Shown here piece by piece: positions 41,211 through 49,724 of a stretch of DNA of 64,000 nucleotides. The stretch spans positions 608,001 through 672,000 of the forward strand of contig OZ219872.1 of assembly GCA_964291495.2 (NCBI GenBank), read 5' to 3'. The notes under the pieces are model-generated. The model was not told the DNA's origin, made no database searches, and saw only the letters and a program-made list of their open reading frames with translations. The position numbers and the translations under genes were made by a program. Source of the stretch: Dehalococcoidia bacterium. Its GTDB lineage: Bacteria > Chloroflexota > Dehalococcoidia > UBA2979. Position 1 is the first letter of the stretch. Each line of letters begins with the position of its first letter.

Positions 41211-42236
41211 CTAGCCGGCCGTGGGGGCGCTGCGGTCGGCGACGGGCACGGGCAACTCGCGCAGGATCTCGTCGATCAGGTCGTCCGCCGTGCGCCCTCG
41301 CAGCTGCGTCTGCGAGCTGAGCACAAGGCGATGCGAGAGCACCGCGGGGGCGAGCCGCTTCACGTCGTCCGGGCGCACGTAGTCGCGGCCCTCGATCGCG
41401 GCGAGCGCGCGCAGCGCGCGGAACAGGGCGAGCGAGGCGCGCGGGCTACCGCCCAGGTCGAACGCGGCGTGATCGCGCGTCGCGCGCACCACCTGCACCA
41501 GGTAGCGCGCTACGTCGTCCTCGACGTGGACGCGCGGCAGCGTGGCCGCCAGCGCCGTCAGTTCGCTCGCCGAAACCACCGGATCGAGGCTATCGAGCGG
41601 CGACTCGCCCTCGAAGCGGCGCAGCACGGCGACCTCGTCCGACTCGCCCGGGTAGCCCATGCGCAGGCGCAGCAGGAAGCGGTCGAGCTGCGCCTCGGGC
41701 AGCGGGAAGGTGCCCTCGAGCTCGATCGGGTTCTGGGTGGCGAGCACGAGGAACGGGTCCGGCAGCACGCGCGTCTCACCCTCGACGGTGACGGTGCGCT
41801 CCTCCATCGCCTCCAGCAGCGCGGACTGCGTACGCGGCGTCGCGCGGTTGACCTCGTCGACGAGCACGATCGGCGCCATGATCGGCCCCTCGCGAAACTC
41901 GAACTCGCCGCTCTTCTGCGAGTAGTAGTGGACCCCGACGATGTCCGAGGGCATCAGGTCCGGGGTGCACTGGATGCGGTGGAAGTCCGCGCCGATCGAG
42001 CGCGCGAAGGCGCGCGCCGCCGTGGTCTTGCCGGTGCCCGGCACGTCTTCGAGCAGCACGTGCCCGCGCGCGAGCAGCGCGACCAGCAGCAGCTGGAGCG
42101 ACTCCTCGGCGCCGACGATGACCTTCGATACGTTCTCGCGGATCGCGGCCGCCGCCTCGGCGAGCGCGCGCACGGACTCCGCCGGCGGCGCGCCCGCATC
42201 GGGTGTCGCTGCTCCGACTGCTGCGTCTCCGACCAC
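41211..42236 (-). CDS. MoxR family AAA+ ATPase
   Basis: HVLLEDVPGTGKT, RIQCTPDLMPSD, DEVNRATPRTQSALLEAM, ATQNP, LPEAQLDRF. Confidence 0.93.
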   Translation of the reverse strand: MVGDAAVGAATPDAGAPPAESVRALAEAAAAIRENVSKVIVGAEESLQLLLVALLARGHVLLEDVPGTGKTTAARAFARSIGADFHRIQCTPDLMPSDIVGVHYYSQKSGEFEFREGPIMAPIVLVDEVNRATPRTQSALLEAMEERTVTVEGETRVLPDPFLVLATQNPIELEGTFPLPEAQLDRFLLRLRMGYPGESDEVAVLRRFEGESPLDSLDPVVSASELTALAATLPRVHVEDDVARYLVQVVRATRDHAAFDLGGSPRASLALFRALRALAAIEGRDYVRPDDVKRLAPAVLSHRLVLSSQTQLRGRTADDLIDEILRELPVPVADRSAPTAG

Positions 42237-42363
42237 GTGGCCCCCTCGCCGCGCGGCGCCGCCCGCGGCGGCGCGCCAGAGGAGGAGGATACCAGCCGCC
42301 CGACCTCAGACGAGGGCGGCGCCCGGCTGGAAGTACAGGCCTGCCTCGGCCGCCGCCCCGAGG

Positions 42364-42614
42364 AAGACCTTTGCGAAACTCCCACAGGCCCGATCCGGCG
42401 CCCTCTCCCCAAGGGAGAGGGCGGGGGTGAGGGGGAAGACTCCCGCGCGGCCTCCGAAGCCCCGATGGCGCAACGCAATCCCGAAAGGCGGACCCTCCCT
42501 CACCCGCGGGGGGTGTGGGGGGACTCCCCCCCCAAAGCACTGGCTCTCCCGCGGGGAGAGGGGACCGGAAGGGATGCGCTCGCTGCCCTGAGGAGAGCGT
42601 TACGCAACGGTCTC
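42364..42614. mobile_element. ~250-bp non-autonomous element (MITE-like), copy 2, inverted relative to copy 1
   Basis: TIRs AGACCTTTGCGAAAC / GTTACGCAACGGTCT; about 90% identical by eye to reverse complement of 24666-24911. Confidence 0.8.
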
Positions 42615-42625
42615 CAGAGCGGCCG

Positions 42626-43051
42626 CTAGGACTGCGCCGCGGGCCGGAACCTCGGGATCGCGATCTCGTCCGAGACGTCGTCGAACACCACCTCCACGGG
42701 CATGCCGATCTCGACATCCGCCGGATCGATGCCGACGACGTTGGTGGTGAGGAACATCCCCTCCTCGAGGCGGACCACCCCGAACACGTAGGGGACGTCC
42801 TCCGCCCACTCCACGCTCGGGGCCTGGTGGTGCACGCTGAAGGTGTAGACCTCGCCCCTGCCGCTCAGCGGCACCCAGTCGTAGTCGTCCAGCGCCGCGC
42901 AGTCCGGGCTGTGGCAGACGCGGCTCGGGTACATCCAGCGGTGGTCGCAGCTGCGGCACTGCTGCGCCAGCAGCACGTGCCGGCGGCAGCCCTCCCAGTA
43001 GGGCTGGGACACCTGCGAGGGCACCGGGATCGGCTTGAGGTATTCGGCCAT
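42626..43051 (-). CDS. DUF35 Zn-ribbon/OB-fold protein
   Basis: PYWEG, CRSC..CHSPDC, SGRGEVYTFSV, VRLEEG, IGMPVEVVF; GGAGG RBS before ATG 43051. Confidence 0.9.
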   Translation of the reverse strand: MAEYLKPIPVPSQVSQPYWEGCRRHVLLAQQCRSCDHRWMYPSRVCHSPDCAALDDYDWVPLSGRGEVYTFSVHHQAPSVEWAEDVPYVFGVVRLEEGMFLTTNVVGIDPADVEIGMPVEVVFDDVSDEIAIPRFRPAAQS

Positions 43052-43064
43052 CTGGGTCACCTCC

Positions 43065-44279
43065 CTAGTCGCGCGCCAGGATCGTGCAGCCGTAGTTGCT
43101 CATCGGGCCGGACACGCTGCCGACCACGGCCAGCTTCGCGTCCCGCACCTGCCGTGGCCCGGCCTCGTGGCGCAGTTGCTCCACCGCCTCGGTCTGGAAC
43201 ATCACCGTCGAGCCGACGCCCGTCTGGCCGAGGTTCAGCATGCCGCCGTTGGTGTTGACGGGGAGCTCGCCGCCGAGCTCCAGGCGGCCGCCCTCGGCGA
43301 ACGGCCCGGACTCCCCCTTCTCGCAGAAGCCGAAGTCCTCGAGCTGCATCAGGACGGTCATCGTGAAGCTGTCGTACAGCTCGGCGAAGTCGATGTCTCC
43401 CCGCTCCACGCCCGCCTCGCCGAAGGCCTGGTCGGCCGCCTCCCGACCGTTGGTCCGGATCAGGTCGTGGCCGTCCTCCCAGCCCGTGCAGAGCGCGCCG
43501 ACGTGGTAGCCGGCGTGGTACTGGCCGACGCCGAGCATCCAGACCGGCGGGTGCTTGAGGTCCCGCGCCCGATCGGCGGTCGTGAGGATGTAGGCGTCGG
43601 AGCCGCCGCCGGTGGGGTAGCAGCAGTCGAGGATGTGGAACGGCGCGGCGACGTAGCGCGAGTTCAGCACGTCGTCGATCGTCACGACCTGCGGGAGCAG
43701 GGTCTTCGGATAGAGCGCGCCATGCTTGCTGGACGCGACCTTCACGGCCGCGAGATGCTCCGGCTTCGTTCCGTACTCGTACATGTGTCGCTGGGCGTGC
43801 AGCGCATAGAAACCGGGCGCGCCCAGCGGGCCGTAGATGACGTCGAACTCCCAGCTGAAGTGGTGCTGCCCCTGCATATAGGCGCCGGGCCGTGTGGCTC
43901 GTTCCGAGGCCCGGCCGCGGGCGCCGCCGCCGCCGCCGACGACCAGCACGTAGTTGGCCTCGCCCGACAGCAAGGCCCAGGTCGCCACCTTGTTCGCGAC
44001 GGCGGCCGCGATCCCGCCGTTGGTGATGGCAAGGCAGAGCGGTTTGGCCCTGCCGCTCATGCCGAGGTGCTCGAACACGCGATAGGCGATCTTCACGTCC
44101 TCGCTGTGTTCGCAGACGAGGACGCCGTCGATGTCTCGCTTGTTCAGCCCGGCGTCCTCGATCGCCCGCGCGGCGGCCTCGGCGTGGTAGCTGACGGCCG
44201 GAAGGCCGACCGTCCCGCGGGGGTGATAGATGGTGCTGCCGACCCCTACGACCGCGATCTCTCTCTGACCCTGCGCCAT
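43065..44279 (-). CDS. SCP2-type thiolase-fold protein (Ltp2-like)
   Basis: IAVVGVG, HAQRHMYEYG, LDCC, ELYDSFT, LEDFGFC, PVNTNGG; paired with DUF35. Confidence 0.88.
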   Translation of the reverse strand: MAQGQREIAVVGVGSTIYHPRGTVGLPAVSYHAEAAARAIEDAGLNKRDIDGVLVCEHSEDVKIAYRVFEHLGMSGRAKPLCLAITNGGIAAAVANKVATWALLSGEANYVLVVGGGGGARGRASERATRPGAYMQGQHHFSWEFDVIYGPLGAPGFYALHAQRHMYEYGTKPEHLAAVKVASSKHGALYPKTLLPQVVTIDDVLNSRYVAAPFHILDCCYPTGGGSDAYILTTADRARDLKHPPVWMLGVGQYHAGYHVGALCTGWEDGHDLIRTNGREAADQAFGEAGVERGDIDFAELYDSFTMTVLMQLEDFGFCEKGESGPFAEGGRLELGGELPVNTNGGMLNLGQTGVGSTVMFQTEAVEQLRHEAGPRQVRDAKLAVVGSVSGPMSNYGCTILARD

Positions 44280-44348
44280 GGCAACCCCCAATGCTGAGCG
44301 CTCGCACCACGCGAGCCGGCAATGCGGCTCGAGCGTCCCGCCCCGAGC

Positions 44349-44364
44349 GTGAGCGAGCGCTCAC
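44349..44364. promoter_or_regulatory. Palindromic candidate operator GTGAGCG-AG-CGCTCAC
   Basis: Perfect 7-bp inverted repeat in divergent intergenic region; partial second copy at 44295-44305. Confidence 0.45.
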
Positions 44365-44523
44365 CAATATCATTCGTTTTAGGCGCTGCGCCGCGAGGGC
44401 GTCAAGGGAGGCGCCGCCGCCGTGCGGGGACGACACCGGACACCACGCACGTTGTAGGCTCCTCACGACAAGACAGCGTGCGACCTCGACCGCCGCCGCA
44501 GATCGGAACGGGAGCGACTCACC

Positions 44524-45429
44524 ATGCCGGACCATGACTACAGCGACATCCTCACCATCCAGAACGAGCGACACGCGATCGTGCAGTTGAACCGCCCGGA
44601 GAAGATGAACGCGCTGAGCCACAACATGCGCGCCGAGCTGTTCGACGCCCTCAAGAACTTCGAGGCCGACCCGGACGTGCGCGTGATTATCATCCGCGGC
44701 TCGGGCCGGGCCTTCAGCGCGGGCTACGACCTCGCGGGCATCTCGGAGACAGACTCGGAGCGCGACTACATCGACACGCGCAGCGGGCTACCCGCCGTGG
44801 GGCCGGTCCACCCGGGCCAGGGCCAGTGGCCGCAGCACCTGCTCAGCGGCTACTGGCAGATCTGGGAGCTCACGAAGCCCGTGATCGCGCAGGTCCACGG
44901 CTACTGCCTCGCAGGTGCGACCGAGCTCGCGACGATGTGCGACCTCATGTTCGTGGCCGAGGACGCGCAGATCGGCTACCCACCGGTCCGCGCGATGACC
45001 AGCGTCGACATCGCCTACCACCCGTGGCATATGCCGATGCGCAAGGCCCGGGAGTTGCTGTACACCGGCGACCCGATCTCCGGGAAGGAAGCGGTCGAGA
45101 TCGGCTGGGCGAATCGCGCCTACCCCGTCGATCAGCTCGCCTTCGAGACGGAGGCCTTCGCGGAGCGCATCGCCCTGATCGATAGCCCCATGCTGCAGAT
45201 GACGAAGCGCCAGGTGAACCGCGCCTACGAGGTGATGGGCATCCGCAGCGCGCTCGCGGTCGGCGCCGACATCCAGACGCTCAGCGCCGTGCGCCCGGGC
45301 GGCGGGGAGTTCGGCCGCATCTCGCGCGAGCAAGGCCTGGGCGCGGCGCTCGCCTGGCGCGATGGCCCGTTCGGCGACTACGGGTCCGCGCCGCGGGAGG
45401 AGCCGCGCCCCGGCGCCGCAGACTGGTAG
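44524..45429 (+). CDS. Enoyl-CoA hydratase/isomerase (crotonase) family
   Basis: LNRPEKMNAL, AFSAGYDL, KPVIAQVHGYCLAG. Confidence 0.9.
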   Translation: MPDHDYSDILTIQNERHAIVQLNRPEKMNALSHNMRAELFDALKNFEADPDVRVIIIRGSGRAFSAGYDLAGISETDSERDYIDTRSGLPAVGPVHPGQGQWPQHLLSGYWQIWELTKPVIAQVHGYCLAGATELATMCDLMFVAEDAQIGYPPVRAMTSVDIAYHPWHMPMRKARELLYTGDPISGKEAVEIGWANRAYPVDQLAFETEAFAERIALIDSPMLQMTKRQVNRAYEVMGIRSALAVGADIQTLSAVRPGGGEFGRISREQGLGAALAWRDGPFGDYGSAPREEPRPGAADW

Positions 45430-45457
45430 CAGCGAGGACCGCGTCGCCCCGCCCGAA

Positions 45458-46627
45458 CTACCAGCCGGGCAGCCCCGACGGCAGGCCGAGGAAGACGCGG
45501 CCCGCGCCCTCGTAGTTGCCCGGCGCCGCCGCGGCGTGCTGCACCGCCACGTGCACATCGCGGAAGTAGCGCTCCAGGCGGTTGGCGGTGTGCGCGGCGT
45601 TCGTGCCCGCGGCCGAGAAGGCGAGGTCGACGGCGCGTGCCGACTCGTGCCCCGCGTGCGTGATCGCCAGCCGGACGTTCGCGATCTCGCGCGTCGGGTC
45701 CGCGACGCGACGCTCCGAGGCCTCCCAGGCCTCGGAGACGGCATCGAGCAGGTAGGCGCGCGCCGAGCGCACGATCGCCTCGGCCTCGCCGACGAGGCGC
45801 TGGACGCGCTCGCGGTCGCGCAGCAGCGTGCGCGATCCCGTCGAGCCCCGCCCGGAGGCGAGGTCGCGCAGTTCATCGATCGCGCCGCGCGCGATGCCGA
45901 GCGCGCAGCCGGCGTGCACGGTGTGGCTCCAGATGCCGTAGAAGCGCGCACGGTAGAGCGGGCTCTCGATCGCCGGCGGCTCCAGGCGCGAGACCGTACG
46001 CTCGGGGGGCACGTAGAGGTTGTCGACCTCGAAGTCGAAGCTGCCGGTGCCCTTCAGCCCGACGACGTGCCAGGTGTCGATGATCTCGCCGTCGCGCACG
46101 GGGACGGCGGCGGCGCGGGTACGCGGCACGCCGTTGTCGTCGCGCAACGGCTCGTCGCCGTCCATCAGCACGCAGGCGCCGAACATCCAGCTGGAGTGCT
46201 CGATGCCGCTCTGGAAGTTCCAGCGCCCGTTGACGCGGTAGCCCTCGCCCTCGCGTTCTGCGCGCCCGAGGGCGCGGTTGGAGCCGGCCGCCCGCAGCGA
46301 GCCGGTCATCGCCTGCATCTCGTGCACGGCGTCCGGGTGCATCCAGGCGAAGCGGCGGCTCAGCACCGATCCGATCATGCAGACCCAGCCCGTCGAGCCG
46401 TCGGCCATCGAGATCTCCTCGATGGCGGTCGCGGCGGACCGCGGATCGGCCTGGGGGCCGCCGTAGGCTTCCGGCAGGTAGAGCTGGTAGAGCCCGGCCG
46501 CCTCCAGCTTCGCGTCCAGCGCCTCGGGGACGCGGCGCGTCTCCTCGATCTCGTCGGAGGCGGCGCTGATCAGCGGCGCCAGCTCGCGTGCGCTATCGAC
46601 GATCGGGTGCAGGGCGGGCAGTGCCAT
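45458..46627 (-). CDS. Flavin-dependent monooxygenase, acyl-CoA dehydrogenase fold (HsaA/IacA-like oxygenase)
   Basis: ADGSTGWV, NGRWNFQSG, DTWHVVGLKGTGS, LERYFRDVHVAVQH. Confidence 0.82.
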   Translation of the reverse strand: MALPALHPIVDSARELAPLISAASDEIEETRRVPEALDAKLEAAGLYQLYLPEAYGGPQADPRSAATAIEEISMADGSTGWVCMIGSVLSRRFAWMHPDAVHEMQAMTGSLRAAGSNRALGRAEREGEGYRVNGRWNFQSGIEHSSWMFGACVLMDGDEPLRDDNGVPRTRAAAVPVRDGEIIDTWHVVGLKGTGSFDFEVDNLYVPPERTVSRLEPPAIESPLYRARFYGIWSHTVHAGCALGIARGAIDELRDLASGRGSTGSRTLLRDRERVQRLVGEAEAIVRSARAYLLDAVSEAWEASERRVADPTREIANVRLAITHAGHESARAVDLAFSAAGTNAAHTANRLERYFRDVHVAVQHAAAAPGNYEGAGRVFLGLPSGLPGW

Positions 46628-46725
46628 GCGTCGTCCCCTCCGCCGCGATCATAGCGCGAGTCACTACTCGCGGGCGCGCTATCATCGGCGCGTCACGCCG
46701 GGTCCGTGTCGAAGGGAGCGTCGCG

Positions 46726-47853
46726 ATGTCCGAGGCGGCTGCGTCGAAGCTGTGGGAGGACGTGAGCGAGGGGGAGCGGCTGCCCGATCTGGAGCTGCCG
46801 ATCACGTTCCGCACCGGCATCCTCGCCGTGGTCGGGATGCGCGACTTCAACCCCGTGCACCACTACACGGACTACGCGCAGCGCACCAGCGGCAACCGCG
46901 ACAGCTGGATGAACACGATGTGGCACCAGGGCCTGTTCGCTCGCTTCGCCACCGACTGGCTCGGCCCCGACAGCGACTTCCGCAGCACCTGGCTGCACAT
47001 GACCGGCTTCATCCACCCCGGCGATACCGTCACCGTCGAGGGCGAGGTCACCCGCCGCTTCGAGGAGGACGGCGAGCCTCGCGTCGAGCTCACGATCGCC
47101 GCGCGCACGGAGGCCGGCGGCTACGTCGCGCGCGCCGGCGCGGACCTCGCGATGCCCTCGCGCGAGGGCGGCGCGGTGCGCGTCCGCGAGGGCTTCGTGA
47201 AGCCCTCGGTGGAGGTCGACCCGGAGCTGCCGGACTTCGCGAAGCCGTGGATCGGTCAGCAGACGGACCCGCTCTGGGGCGGGTACCCGGTCAGCGAGGC
47301 GCAGATCATGTACTGGGCGGACATGGTCGAGGACGCCAACCCGCTCTACTACGACAGCGAGTACGCCCGGGGCAGCCGCCACGGCGGCGTGATCGCCCCG
47401 CTGCCCTCGCTCTTCACCTGGATGATGGGCCGCCCCAGCCACTTCGGCGAGCCGTTCGAGCTGGCCGACCCGGACGCGCCGAGCGTGAAGCCGTGGCCAC
47501 CCTCGCGCGAGATGGAGGGCGGACGGGTTCTCGGGAACCGCCTGATCACGACGCTGCTCTCGGGCGACTGGCGGCCGCCGGGCACGACGCGCTACGCGGC
47601 GCAGCGCGTGCGGCAGGACTACGGCGCGCCGCTGCGCCCCGGTGACTGGCTCTACACCCGCTCCGAGGTGGCGAACTGCACCTCGCGCAAGCGCACGCGC
47701 CTCGGCGAGGGGCACTTCCTGACGCTGCTCACCTCGTTCTACCGCCACCCGCCGGAGGGGGAGGACGAGCTGATCGGCGCGAGCCAGTACGCCTTCTTCT
47801 TCTACGAGGCGGAGCAGGGCATCGGCACGCCGGCGGCGCGCTCCTCGGGCTGA
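46726..47853 (+). CDS. Double hot-dog MaoC-family hydratase (ChsH1-like + ChsH2 MaoC-like fusion)
   Basis: N domain RDFNPVHH (D-x4-H); C domain VSEAQIMYWADMVEDANPLYYD...HGGVIAP...PLRPGD..KRTRLGEG. Confidence 0.8.
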   Translation: MSEAAASKLWEDVSEGERLPDLELPITFRTGILAVVGMRDFNPVHHYTDYAQRTSGNRDSWMNTMWHQGLFARFATDWLGPDSDFRSTWLHMTGFIHPGDTVTVEGEVTRRFEEDGEPRVELTIAARTEAGGYVARAGADLAMPSREGGAVRVREGFVKPSVEVDPELPDFAKPWIGQQTDPLWGGYPVSEAQIMYWADMVEDANPLYYDSEYARGSRHGGVIAPLPSLFTWMMGRPSHFGEPFELADPDAPSVKPWPPSREMEGGRVLGNRLITTLLSGDWRPPGTTRYAAQRVRQDYGAPLRPGDWLYTRSEVANCTSRKRTRLGEGHFLTLLTSFYRHPPEGEDELIGASQYAFFFYEAEQGIGTPAARSSG

Positions 47854-47917
47854 TCGCGCCTCGCACTCCAACCGCGCCGCCTTGCGGAGTGCTCGGCTGC
47901 GCTCGCAGAATCAGCGT

Positions 47918-48014
47918 GGGAGTGGATGGTGTCCGGTGGCGCCCGCGGTCTTCAAAACCGTTGTGGGGCTACGTGGTAGTCCCGGGTGGGTTCGACTCCC
48001 ACGCACTCCCGCCA
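47918..48014 (+). tRNA. selC: tRNA-Sec (anticodon TCA)
   Basis: Anticodon loop CTTCAAA, 6-bp D stem GGTGTC/GGCGCC with 4-nt loop, long variable arm GGGGCTAC/GTAGTCCC, T arm GTGGG-TTCGACT-CCCAC, ends GCCA. Confidence 0.93.
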
Positions 48015-48143
48015 CCTGAACACGCCGCAGCGCCGCCCGGTCCCACGCGAGCGCGCGCCCTCGCGAGCCGCGAGGGCTAGACTCCGCCGAACGGCGCGAG
48101 GCCCCCCGGCGCTCGTGCTGCTCGCGAGAGTGACGGACGCCCC

Positions 48144-49625
48144 TTGACCACTCCCCGAGGCCCCGGCAGCTCCCTGAGGCCGCGCGCGCCCGGCTCCGGC
48201 GACAACTACAAGTGGTGGGCCTTCAGCGCGATCGGAATCTCCTTCTTCACGCAGGTGATGAGCATCTCGATGGTGTTCGTCGCGCTCGCCGCGATCGCCG
48301 ACGACTTCGGGGTCACGCTGCGCGAGGTCTCCTGGGTGGTGGTCGCGCAGGCGCTGACGATCAGCGCGCTGATGATGCCAATGGGACGCCTCGCCGACAT
48401 CGTCGGCCGGAGGCGCGTCCACCTGCTGGGATTGCTGGTGTATGGAGGCGGCGCGATCGCCACCGTGCTCGCGCCGACGTTCGGCGCGCTGATCGCCGCG
48501 CGCGTGCTGATGGCCACCGGCAACTCGATGGGGCAGTCGGTCGGCACCGCGATGGTGGTCTCGGTGTTCCCGCCCGAAGAGCGCGGCAAGGCGATCGGCG
48601 CGCAGACGACCGCGGTCGCGATCGGCGGCGCCTCCGGGCCAATCGTGGGCGGCCTCGTGCTGCAGTGGCTGCCTTGGGAGGCGCTGTTCGTGCTGACGCT
48701 GATCCCCACGGGCATCGCGCTGGTCTGGGGCTACCTGATCCTCGACGACGCGCGCATGAACCAGCCGCGCGGCGAGCGCGCGCCGTTCGACTACGGCGGC
48801 GCGCTGCTCTCCGCGGCGGCGATCGCGCTGCTGGTGCTGACGATCAACAACCCGCTGCGCCTGGGCTGGACGTCGCCGCCGATGCTCGCCAGCCTCGCCG
48901 CCGTCGTGCTGCTGTTCGTGGCGTTCACGCGCCGGGAGCTGCGCACCGAGGCGCCGATGCTCGAACTGCGGCTGTTCGACAACGCCGTGTTCAGCATGGC
49001 CGTGCTCGCGCGTCTCGGCGGCTTCATGTCGATGACCATCTCGCGCTTCCTGATCCCGATCTACCTGATCAGCGTGCGGGAGCTGGAGGAGGCCGCCGCC
49101 GGTGGGTTGATCTTCCTCACCTCGCTCGGCATGGGCATCGCCGCCCAGGGCTCGGGGCGGCTCTCGGACCGCTTCGGCACGCGCCCGTTCGCGATCGCGG
49201 GATTCGGCATCCTGCTGCTTGTGACGCTGCCGATGGCGTTCTTCGACGGCGGCACGCCGATCGTCATCGTGGCGCTGCTGCTGCTCGGGACCGGTCTGGG
49301 AATGGGAACCTGGAACGTGCCAAACAACAGCGCGATCATGGGCGCCGTTCACCCCTCGCGCCTGGGCGTCGTCGGGGCGCTGACCAACCTCACGAGGAAC
49401 GCCGGCAACGTGATCGGCCAGGCGATCGCCGCCGGGGTCGTCGCCGCCGTCATGGCCGCCGGCGGGTTCGACATCCCGCTCAGCGAGATCGCCGACACGC
49501 CGGGCGCGGCGCGCTCGTTCATCGACGGCTGGCGTGCCGCCTTCGCCCTGGCTGCGGGGTTCGCGATCGCAAGCCTGGTGCTCGCGATCCGCACGAGGCC
49601 GGCATTCGAGCGCGCCCTGCGCTAG
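48144..49625 (+). CDS. MFS transporter, DHA2 (EmrB/QacA-like)
   Basis: GRLADIVGRRR, FPPEERGKAIG, GPIVGG, FDYGG, about 14 TM. Confidence 0.88.
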   Translation: MTTPRGPGSSLRPRAPGSGDNYKWWAFSAIGISFFTQVMSISMVFVALAAIADDFGVTLREVSWVVVAQALTISALMMPMGRLADIVGRRRVHLLGLLVYGGGAIATVLAPTFGALIAARVLMATGNSMGQSVGTAMVVSVFPPEERGKAIGAQTTAVAIGGASGPIVGGLVLQWLPWEALFVLTLIPTGIALVWGYLILDDARMNQPRGERAPFDYGGALLSAAAIALLVLTINNPLRLGWTSPPMLASLAAVVLLFVAFTRRELRTEAPMLELRLFDNAVFSMAVLARLGGFMSMTISRFLIPIYLISVRELEEAAAGGLIFLTSLGMGIAAQGSGRLSDRFGTRPFAIAGFGILLLVTLPMAFFDGGTPIVIVALLLLGTGLGMGTWNVPNNSAIMGAVHPSRLGVVGALTNLTRNAGNVIGQAIAAGVVAAVMAAGGFDIPLSEIADTPGAARSFIDGWRAAFALAAGFAIASLVLAIRTRPAFERALR

Positions 49626-49724
49626 CGGCGGACCGGGGGGCCGCGCGCCGCCGCTCGCTCCGCGATTTGGCAGAATGCGACCGGGACCGCGCCTCGCGTG
49701 GCCGGCGCCGTGGGGAGGATGCCG

